This document shows, in pieces, positions 54,161 through 64,000 of a DNA stretch of 64,000 nucleotides. The translations under genes were made by a program, and so were the position numbers. Numbering within the stretch: position 1 is the first letter of the stretch; each line of letters begins with the position of its first letter. Under the pieces are notes generated by a model that saw only the letters and a list, made by a program, of their open reading frames with translations, made no database searches and was not told the DNA's origin. Source of the stretch: Cystobasidiomycetes sp. EMM_F5 (lineage: Eukaryota); the NCBI GenBank assembly GCA_051047955.1, contig JBPGPT010000027.1:1-64000 (forward strand), given 5' to 3'.

Positions 54161-54756
54161 CTACCGCGTTGATGTGTCCTTCTCTGCACTGTCGTTGCAA
54201 TCTTCCCATGCTCGGGCCGTTGCTAAGTCTTGAAGCTTTGCCATCAGCAAGCTTTGCCGTCTGTCTGAAAATGCTGGACTCGCTGCTGTCAGCAGGTCAT
54301 CGAGTGTCTCGAAGTGAGTCCCGAGAGCAGCGTAAGTACGTCCAGCCGTAACCTGAGCGGGGACGAAGCCATCCCGAGCCAAGTCAGCCGTGTATGTCTA
54401 CATGTAATATGAGTCTTTCGGGTCTGAAATGCTCGTGGAATCCCCAGCTTCGCGTAAGGTACGGGGAGTCACGCATCGCGAAATTACGGGCGACAGGCCA
54501 GGACGCGGGCAGCTGCACTCACAGCGTAGCCCTTGAGACTGAGCTCAACAACCACTTCAGTACCGAGTTCCTTGCCCGCTTGCCTCTGTTCCAGCTCTGG
54601 CATCAGCGTCACTTTGGCCGACGCGCTGGCTGTTGACACGTCTGCTTTACGCAGCTCGACGATTTCCCAGCTCATCAAGCCGTAGCCGTTCTCCTGCAGT
54701 GCTCTGGATAGTTCATCGTGGAAGAAGGCGCTCGTTACTTCGGCTGGCGGGTCCAT
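54161..54756 (-). CDS. GSKIP/DUF727-domain protein (start uncertain)
   Basis: ELSRALQE.GYG..A.V.L....VELSLKGY, then FETLDDLLTAASPAFSDRRQSLLMAKLQDL. This matches the GSKIP C-terminal pattern as I recall it. Confidence 0.65.
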
Positions 54757-55174
54757 AGTCCGCGTTGGTTGGACCGTCACTTGCAAGTTGGCCAGGTCAG
54801 TCGTGTCAAAACGATGCCATTCCGTGTACTGAGCGTTTTTAAATGTTTTGTGCATGTTAAATAACAAGCTCTCGCTGCAAGAATGCGCGCGTCTAGTAAA
54901 ACATTTGCGTGTCTGAGACCGCGTCTAGAAACGATTAAACCTCTTGCCCCCTACGGATCCAACCCCCCAATGCCTCCCGTTCCTAATCCATACTGCTTGC
55001 TGATATGACTGATGCTTTGACGGTGCTGATGTGTTTGCGAGGACGGACGTCCAGGTATTTGCCAACAACAATGCTGCAGACTGCTCGCCGACTGACGCTT
55101 GTCAACTTCTCTTCTTCAACCTCGAATGGTGCCAGCCACTCGCCCCCTTTGCTGCTCGTACTGTCGTCGGGATG

Positions 55175-56219
55175 CTATTGCATAATGGTGACACCGTCGG
55201 CGTGCATAGCAGCATCGATGCTTCTTGACCGGTCTATCCGACCAGCAAAGTACTTGCCAATGCGAGTACGGCGCGAAGGGGGAGACGCTTCTGGTGTCGC
55301 TACGCCTTTCCCGTATGCGTATTGTCGGCTGGTGGGTGCCATTGTAGGGTAGGCAGGACCAGTCTCGCTCGATGGTGTGAGAGGTAAAGGAGAAGAGGAA
55401 GAGTCGGAGCCAGACGAGGAAGAGCCCACGGACTCTAGAGACGGTGTTCTGCGCTCCCTGAGACGCCCAGGTCCCATCGCAGAAACTGCGGGACGGAAGT
55501 TGAGGAAAAGACCAAAGTGTTCTAACAACTCGGACTCCTCGATGCGGAGGTCATAGTCCAAAAGGTACAGGAGCTGGCACTCCATAAGATCTGCAGGGAA
55601 GCGGCAATGTGAGCGAGAACTCGCCACAAGCGCGTAGCAGACTGTGCTTACTTGTCTCTGCTTGCGAGAATAGCGCGGCATACTTGGTCCAGTGCTTGTT
55701 CTTCGGCGAAGAGTCGTTCAGATACTTGGCGGCAACGATGAGAGTTGCCAGGAAGACGCGATGACGCGTGCAAGACATGCCCTTTGCAGCAGCAGGTAAT
55801 CTGGACTTCAGGCGTTCGAGGTAGACGAGGGTACACAAGAGAGTTGGCACTTGGACGTTACTCTTTTGCACGAGGATGGTGATGAAAGCTTCAAGCGATG
55901 GTAACGCGGGATCCTGTTGTTGCAGGCTGAATGAGGTCTTGGTTGGCGTTTGCGGAGGGGACGGAAGGCCAGATGGAGTAGATGGTCCGCACATGATGAC
56001 AGCGGAGGTCTTTGCAGCCAGGTGAGCTGTGATGAAAAAAGACATCGCTCAGATTTGGTGACTTTAGTAACCGAAAGCAGGTACCAACTCACTGATCATA
56101 TCAGATGTGACTGGTGAGCGTACGAGTTCGAGTAATTGCGGATGGTGCATGAACTTGGGCAGCAACGATGCTGGATGACGGCGAGCCATTGAAGGTGTGG
56201 TTTCCAACATTGCGGCCAT
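55175..56219 (-). CDS. Pho85 cyclin (Pcl1/Pcl2-like)
   Basis: [10 protein letters not shown]...[62 protein letters not shown] and ME.QLL.LLDYDL. Confidence 0.92.
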
Positions 56220-56341
56220 GGTAAAGGAGCTTATTGGTTGTCTTCCTTTGTGTTGACTGACGTGTTGACCAGAAAGAGGCCGTAAGCGTAAGGTAGTGAG
56301 TGAGACGAAGGAAGATGAGTGATAACGCGCTCGAGGTAGGT

Positions 56342-56348
56342 TTTATAG
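56342..56348 (-). promoter_or_regulatory. TATA-like box upstream of the Pcl cyclin
   Basis: TATAAAA about 125 nt upstream of the ATG. Confidence 0.35.
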
Positions 56349-58531
56349 CCAACGTAAGAATTGCAGAGGCCGGCTACTGAGAGTGACGTTTTCCTAGTAA
56401 GGTACACTTGTAGGAAGAGGCAGAGTTGTGCTCAAAGCCTCTTTACCCGATGTGTCTTCGAAAGATACGTGCCGGTAATTGGCTGGCACTATCGCGACTG
56501 TTGCGGACGTGAGGTGGCTGGCGTCAAAAGACTTGACTTCTTGTCGGGCTCCGAAAGGAAAGAGGCTGGTCGATGAGAAGCAAGAGCAAGGGGAAGAGCA
56601 GAAGACCTTTGCAACGATGCGACAGCACACCGATACTGCGAAACAGACGTGTCAGTATGCATTTCACTCCCTCGAATTGCATGCCAGCTTCCCGAGGGCG
56701 TCCACCACTGTACACCCTCAGGCACGACCGCGAAAATGAAGGCACGCACCGACTAGAAGGCGTAGAAGGCGGCGGGACGCTGACCCAAATTATAGGTGAC
56801 CCCTGATCGGGCAAAGAACGCGCCGACTCGAGAGGTGGCGGGACACGGGCGAACTTTACTTTCACAGGATTCCGCGAGCCTCCGAGAAGACGGAAAGGTC
56901 GCGATTAGGAATTCTGATTGGGGTTGAAAGGCTTGCAGCTGTCAAAGAATACAGTTGAATGCCGCGACGCGTTAACGAAGATGACCCTGATCCCAAGTCC
57001 GCGTATCGCTGATATCAATCGGGAGAGCGCGTAAAGAATGCGGAAAGTATGTTTGACCTGGCTGGATCTAGGCTACGATACGCTCGGGCGAGCAATGCAG
57101 TGAAGACGAGAGGTGCACAAAGGTATGTCTTCCTCCCTTTCGTTGATTATGGTGAAGCTGGAGTAAAAGGCGGACGCGCACACAAAGATCGGATACTGTA
57201 GCATGAATATCGTCAGTATACTGTGTACCAACTGTACTGTCTTCTCGCTCTCGTCGTGACGCTGCTTGTTGTTACTTTTCGTCGGGGTGCCTTTCTCGAT
57301 CTCGCGTGCTTTGAGCAGCTTTCGCTCTCTTTTGCACAGAGCACACACTATGGACTCCGACTTACATGAGATGCTATGTTTGACGCTGAACTTGCTGCTC
57401 GATAGATGACGCTCGAGGCGCAATTGCTGTCCGCTGGCGTTCTTGAGCTTGTTGCAATTTGCGGTTCCGTATAGACGAGCAATACTGCTTCACGGCCGTG
57501 GCTACTCGCGGTGATGAAGAGACAAGAAGGGATGCGACGAGATGCACAGCTGTGCGTCTCTTGCTCTGATGCGCACTCCCAACTGCAGGCTGCAAAGGGC
57601 AGGCAGCCACGGTCCAGAACATGCCCAACACGCGCGGATGATGTTTCAACACTGCACCGCTGGACAACTGCTCTCTATCTGGCTTTTGCTCACGCTTTTA
57701 ATGCATGGCTAGTCTAACCTCCTGGCTGTTGGCTGATACTGATTCTATAGTCATTCTCCGACGACTTTGGAGCTCGCCTGCCGAATCCGGCGAAAACACT
57801 CGTCTGCATCAGGCAATGCTGGGCACTCTGGCATAAACAGGATTACAAAACCAATTAGGAGTTAGTGCCAAACAATAATAACAATACCTTTTCGCTGCGA
57901 TGATGTCGGTCCAGATCTGAAACGCATCTCCCGCGCTGAAGATGTTTTGTCACACGTAAATTCGCCAATTCCAGTTGAGGAGCGTATGTCATACTCACGT
58001 CACTGCTGGTGTTCCCCTACGCATAATCGGTCGAGTGAGCTGTCCCAGCCGTCTCGGCTCGCAGGCTAACGGACGCAATGGAGCGTCTCTCTTCGACTGA
58101 AAGCCGTTCCGGCCCTCAGCAGGCGCGATATTCAAACTCCATCAATGTCGCTGACTGGGTGTACATCGGGGATCGGGTTGTCTGAGTTGGCAGTCGCCTT
58201 CTCGCCGGATATGGATATGCGAGCATCGTCATCATGAGATCATCAGAGCCCGCCCAAAGGCTGCAAAGCTATGAAATGAGCGACGCTCAAACGGTTTACT
58301 GCCAGAGCTTTTCGTTGTAGCTATGTCGCTAACATGACAAGGATTGCGAGATGTCGGAATCTCTTCGTTGCCGAATCTTTGATAGAGACACGTGACGGCG
58401 CTTAGCGCGTCAACCTGCTGTTCCTGAAGCGCGTTTCTTCGTGAAATCAATAAACAACATCTGTGACGCCCGACAGTGATGAGCGCCCTGCGATCCGAAC
58501 AAGCTGCATTACTGGCAATGTCCCGGCTGCA

Positions 58532-58556
58532 TATATAGGACTGGTATATAGGACTG
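58532..58556 (+). repeat. Direct repeat TATATAGGACTG x2
   Basis: Exact 12-nt duplication separated by 1 nt. Confidence 0.7.
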
Positions 58557-59535
58557 CAGTGGTTGGACAGCCGTCTTCCATTCATCAAGACGCGTCTTCA
58601 CTCCACGGGAACGGAGTCATGATGATGTCCGAAGCAACCAGCTTTTCGCGACCTCGCAGATGCGCGGCGTCCAGACCGCCCGACAATTATCGTTGGCATG
58701 ATTAATTATCGACCTTCCTTGCTGCGGTCGCCCAGCTGCACGCACATGCTTAGTTCAAATGCAACCGTCTCCCGCAACTCTCCGCTGTACCCCACTTACG
58801 GGAGGCCTAACGATAAGGGGACCCGACAGTGCGAGAGCTAAGCGTTGATTTATGGTAATCTGGCATGGATCAACTAAACACGTCTGCAAATGAAAGTTAC
58901 GATAGCTTATTCAATCTTTCGAATTAACAGCACTCCGCGTGCAGTTGTTTACGCGCATTCGTTTTGAAGACGCGACAGCTTCGAGGCCAAATGCGATAGC
59001 ATTGACATAGTTATTTGTTGGCCGGGGGATTCAAGCTTGCTCTCTTTCTGATGTTGCGCGTGATTCAGTGTACGCGAAACATATACATTCATACCGCATG
59101 TCGATGGTCGCGTCCTGCATTCCAGTACAATTATTTAAGACATATATGTACACGAGGAGATGTGAGTTGCTTTATCTAATACGTCGACGTGATTAGGGAC
59201 GTATGGGATGTGCACATTACGGACGTGTTGGCTATACGTGAAAGGGCGCGTTTGGAATATGCTGCATTTGCGGGGCAGGTATATTAAACCGTTGTACTGC
59301 CCCAGCACAGGAAGGCGAATCTCTTCCGTTCCTCGAAACGATTCCTTCGCTCCATTAGCATGCGGCGGAGTTGTGCCCCTCATCGAGTGATATACTGCAG
59401 CTTGGTAATTTCCTTTGTGCGGATAGCGATTCAGGAACTGCGACACGTCTTCTCGGTACCTTCGGTCATGGCTCAAGACTGACATTCTGACACGGCTGCT
59501 GGCAAAAAACCTCCTGTCGACCATCCAGAAGCAGC

Positions 59536-60571
59536 ATGTCCAATACCGCTGACACGAAACCGTCTGCCGAAGCGGATGTCGGCCCGAATGATATCTCGTC
59601 CGCTTTGTCAAAGTATTCCAGCTGCGAGGTGCGCTTTCTTCACGGGTCCGCTGATCTAATGATTGAGTAACAGCAATTATATCCCTGTTCCGCCTAGATA
59701 TCAGATGCTCTGATGAAGCTAGACAACCCGTACCCTCATGGCGGACATGTACCGGACTTGCTTTACTACGGTCGCAATGCTGAGCAAGTAAAGATTGTTG
59801 GACCAGCTTCCACTGTCAAAGTACGGCCTGCTGCTCCGGGCCACTTGAACGCACACTTTAGCTGACAATCAGTATGACGACAGATGGTCTCCGCAAATGA
59901 CGATAGAGCGCCCCGACCTGAGGCGCATTTCGTTCGTCTTCGTATATTGACCGAAGGCAACACGCTGAGAGCATAGTGACAGGTGGACGCGGCCGCGGAA
60001 GGCGACATTATCGTCATCTCTGCCCCCTCATGTAAACACTGAGACGCAAAAGAAGCATGCTCAAGCTAATCGCAATTTTGATAGACACTAAGAATGCGTG
60101 CTGGGGCGGGCTTATGTCTGCAGGCGCTCAAGCGAAAGGCGTGCGAGGTGTGATTATTGATGGTCGCTGCCGGGACATTGGGGAGCACCGGGAGATGGGC
60201 TTTCCGGTAGGCATCAATGCGCGCTATTATACGCAATGAACTAATTCTACTCGCTACAGGTGTTTGCCCGCGGTCATAGTACTCTGGGTCAAGGTGGCTT
60301 CGTACGGCCCTCGGAACTCAACATTCCAATCACGATTTCCGCTCATCCCCCTACGATAGACTCGTACAACAACGTCTTCCCGGCGGTCACAGTCAACCCT
60401 CGAGACTACATTGTCGCAGATGAGGACGGAGTCGTGGTCATTCAAGCGAATGACGTCCAGGCCGTTCTGACGAAATGTGAAAGGAATCGGGAGATTGATG
60501 CGAAATGCATGGCAGATCTGAAGCGAGGCAGGCCAGTCGCAGAGACCCTCAAGGCACACCGTGGGAGGTAG
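59536..60571 (+). CDS. RraA-like / 4-hydroxy-4-methyl-2-oxoglutarate aldolase family protein
   Basis: SSCEISDALMKL, IVGPASTV, NACWGGLMS..A..G.RGVIIDGRCRD..EH and V.PRDYIVADEDGVV. Confidence 0.9.
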
Positions 60572-60738
60572 CTTGCCGTGTTCTTAGCTGTTGTCCGTCA
60601 ATAATAACCCCCGATACGCCAAAAGATACCCCGCAACCATGAATGACGTCGATCACGTACTTTGCGGCTGCTTGGTGTTGGTTTAGGAACCTTGCAGCCT
60701 GTCCATTCAGCGCAAACCTGCACTGCGAGCTCTGCGAT

Positions 60739-62463
60739 ATGGTGGTCGCGCATGCTCGCCTTCTCGCGACTTTGCGGTCTTCACCGCGAACGAGCCTGCG
60801 TTCGGCCAGGCCATTGACGTTCCGGGTGCGGGCTTTCTCAGCTTTGGCATAGCTTGCCATGGCAGCGCAGTATCGCTTCGTGTACCACTGTGCATATCCT
60901 GATTCGGTTTTTGCTCAGCCTCTGGCTCCGCAACATAGTTTTCGCCGGGAGTTCTTTACCGTCCCTGGCTTGAAAGCGGCATCAAAGGTGTCGACTGAAC
61001 CTGGGTCAAGCAATTTGCGAGGTTGGCTCGTCCTTTCTTGCAAGTTTCTCAAAGGAGTAGGCTGATTCTGTCGAAACCGCACGCCGTTGTTTGCACTATT
61101 TTCCATTCGCTATCTTAGAGGTCGGACGCAATGCCAAAGTAGGCTGTAGAGGATCGTCTGAAGCGCCATGAACTAACAGTCCTCTACGTTCCAGGAAGAA
61201 GTGAAGAACGTGACAAAGGATATCGCCAAAGCCATCTCGGGCGCCAACAGCCCGACATCGGTAGCGCAGCAAGGTTCAGGCAACACCCTAGGAGAGCTTG
61301 AATCGCAGGTAGTAAGTCTCGAAAGTAGCACTACAGTCATGTTCTTCCTCAATTAATGTATACGCTCTAAACAGGAAGGACTGACTGGTCTTGCCCAAAC
61401 TGTACCGAGACAAGCGTGGGCTGTATGTAGTCAAATGCATTCCGAGTCCGGAAGCATAGCTAAGCTGTGATGCCTCGGTTAGTTCGGAGGAGCTGGTTTC
61501 CTGCCTTATATTGCGACGTCTGCTTCGACTGTTTATCTCGCTCGTCAAGTATGGCTGGCCGAGAAAGCAGGAGGTAATTACTAAAAATACGACCTTCACG
61601 TATGCGACCGAGTCACAATCTCATATTCCTTTGATGAATTGCAGCAAACAGCGCGATGGACTACGATACGGCTCTGGCATTGTTGCATCATGTTGAAATG
61701 ATGTAAGTATTCGACCAGTCTAGTTGGGCGCACACTGAGTCGATATCCCTGCAGTCAAGTGTCCTATGGTGCCGTCATCCTTTCATTCTTGGGCGCGCTT
61801 CATTGGGGTTTCGAATTCTCGGCATACGGCGGCCGGAAAGGCACGCCGCGATATCTTTTGGGAATTGCTCCGATAATGCTAGGATGGCCTTCATTGCTCC
61901 TTCCAGGTCAGCTCGCGCTCATCACACAGTGGGGCGCCTATACAGCCGTGTGGTACCTCGATAGCCGTGCGACCGCCAACGGCTGGACACCTAAATGGTA
62001 TTCGACCGTAAGCGAGCCGGCAATTGCCACTATGTTGCCCCTCTCACTAGCTAACACATGATTTCTCCGTCAACAGTATCGTTTCGGCTTGACGGCAGTG
62101 GCTGGATCATGCATCCTCATCACGGTCGGCGCAACCGGATACTACTCGTCTGACAGCAATACGACTGCCGCTCAGAAGCTTGCAGCAGTCAAGGGCGGGC
62201 CCAAGACCAACTCTACCGAAACAGAAACTGCGGCCGCCCCGCGAGTCGAAGGAAGCGTAGACGGAGATATCAGCACACAGAGCGGATCAGATGCGTACGT
62301 AGTGTTCCAGAATGAGACAGCGAAGAAGGAGGAAGAAGACAAGAAGAAGAAGGAAGAAGCTGAAGCCAAGGAGAAGGAAGCCAAGGAAGAGGCCAAACAG
62401 AAGAAGGAAGAGGCTGAAAAGAAAGCTAGAGAGGCGCGCGATAAGGCCGAGGGTCGTGCATAA
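60739..62463 (+). CDS. DUF3429/TMEM69-like mitochondrial membrane protein
   Basis: Arg-rich presequence, FGGAGFLPY, YGAVILSFLGALHWG.EF, GWTPKWYST.RF.LT and a K/E-rich tail. Confidence 0.82.
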
Positions 62464-62803
62464 GCATATAGCATTTTGAGAGAACATATATCCACGCCTG
62501 CCGCACAGCATGCTGAACGGGTTCGCTTAACTTGTAAAAGGCTCGCGTGAAGACAATACCTCAGCCGAACACTACGCTTCGGCCGTTCTCAATCAAAGAC
62601 CAATCATTCCTGCCGCAGCGGGCAAGCCCTTTCTTTCCAAATGCATGCTATGCCACTGTTCATCACGTCTATCCACATCGACCTCCACCCGCGCCTGCCC
62701 TTTCTATACTCCCAGAAAGTCTTACTTTACGCTACTTGTGCTGAGTAAAATAGCTGATTTGGATACCTATCTTATACTCTACGGCACCAACTATCGCCAA
62801 GAA

Positions 62804-64000
62804 TCACGCCTTGACTTCATTGACGGCATTGTGTGGAGCTTGACCTTCTGAGACGGATAAGAAGCTGGATACGTTTTGCAGAAGCTCCCGCATGACCTCG
62901 GCTAGCGTGCCTTCAGTGTTGCTCTGATGACCGAGAATAAGTTAGTACTGAATCACACCCTTTGTGTTGAAATTGACAGACACCAGTATGTGGCTGCAGA
63001 ATAACGTTGTCTGCCTCAAGCAGCCAAGGGTGTACCTTGGGTTCCTGTTCAAAGACATCCAGTCCTGCTCCGCTTAATTGCCCGCTTTTGAGAGCAGCCA
63101 CCAGCGCTTCCTCATCAATGACAGGTCCACGCGCGGTATTCACTACCCGACTGCCCTTCTTGAACATCGCAAACTCTTTTGTTGACAGGAAATGGCGTGT
63201 CGCATCGGACAGCGGGATGTGCACAGACACGACATCGCATTGGCCTAGGAACTCTGATAGTGACTCAACATAAGTTGCGCCAGCTTCGTCTGCTGCAAAT
63301 GTCAGCAACAACATTTGGCAACATGATGTGCGACTTTACCTTGTTCTGGCAGCTTGCGTCGATTGTGGTAGACTATCTTCATGCCGAAAGCTTGTAATTG
63401 TCTAGCGGTGATGCGACCTATGCTTCCCATCCCAAGTATCCCGAGTACGGCGCCCTTTGGATTCAGGCCTTTCGGAACACCTGTGCCCCACTGCCCTCTT
63501 CGCACGTTTCTGTCACCATATATGGTGTTTTTAAGCGTTGTGAGGATCAGAACGGAGGCGGAGTCGGCAGTGGGAATAGACACGGCAGCGGGTGTGTTGC
63601 AGTAGTACACCTTGCCGGCAGATAATGCTTCTGTATCGATGTCTGAAGAGGCACAAGTACAACATGTTAAAGAAAGATAAGAAAAGGTCTGGCAATCGCG
63701 ACACTCACTATCGTATCCAGCTCCACCGCCAGTCAAGAACCGTGCATTAGGCAATGCTTTTGTGAATGCCGCGTCTATCGGCTTGTATTTGTGCAAGAAA
63801 CTGGCGAGGGATACTGTATGACCGCAATGGCGAAACCGGACCCGGTTGACAGCAATCAGGACAATCCAGACATGGAAAGGTATTGGGGATATTTAAATCA
63901 CTCACTGACACCATCTATAGGCCCTTTACTGCTGTCGACGTCGTCAAGCTGCTCGAAAGCCTGATCTCGGCTGGTAGCTTTCGTAGAATCCCAAGTTATG
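62804..64000 (-). CDS. D-isomer-specific 2-hydroxyacid dehydrogenase (glyoxylate reductase-like), 5' end outside the window
   Basis: GAGYD, LGILGMGSIG, YHNR, VNTARGPVIDEEAL, GLDVFEQEP and QPH.G. Confidence 0.93.

Noticed and set aside
57507..57573. C/D-box snoRNA-like segment (GTGATGA...CTGA with a short terminal stem)
   Set aside because: No recognisable rRNA or snRNA guide and no clear C'/D' boxes. Such short motifs arise by chance.
59536..64000. Catabolic gene cluster (aldolase plus 2-hydroxyacid dehydrogenase)
   Set aside because: The two genes are separated by an unrelated DUF3429 gene, with no regulator or pathway partners visible.

Overview
A compact, gene-dense, intron-rich fungal chromosome segment. 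Most introns are ~50-70 nt GT-AG with CTRAC/CTRAT branch sites. Protein style suggests a basidiomycete, possibly Pucciniomycotina (inference, no search run). About 30 protein genes can be assembled by manual splicing: an RPAP1/Rba50 homologue, a PX-domain protein, QCR7, a large repeat-containing disordered protein, a secreted tandem-domain protein, a GT62 glycosyltransferase, a G-patch protein, TDP1, a coiled-coil protein, a cupredoxin, SEC11, a sugar O-acetyltransferase, ATP2, an MFS/MCH transporter, a STE6-type ABC exporter, NDK, a SET-domain protein, transketolase, a Siw14-like phosphatase, a FUSC/ArAE transporter, a cyclophilin, a GSKIP-domain protein, a Pcl cyclin, an RraA/HMG aldolase, a DUF3429 protein, a 2-hydroxyacid dehydrogenase, several hypotheticals and two spliced microprotein genes the ORF track does not show as such. 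No rRNA, convincing tRNA, transposon or CRISPR was seen. The most unusual signals are in RNA and intron architecture. QCR7 intron 2 carries two tandem, covarying hairpins and a branch point about 179 nt from its acceptor across an AG-free pyrimidine tract. ATP2 intron 1 has a milder version of that layout. The Pcl cyclin has a long ATG-depleted, probably spliced leader. The secreted protein is built from a duplicated domain with conserved intron positions. All gene models are manual, and boundaries are approximate where stated.
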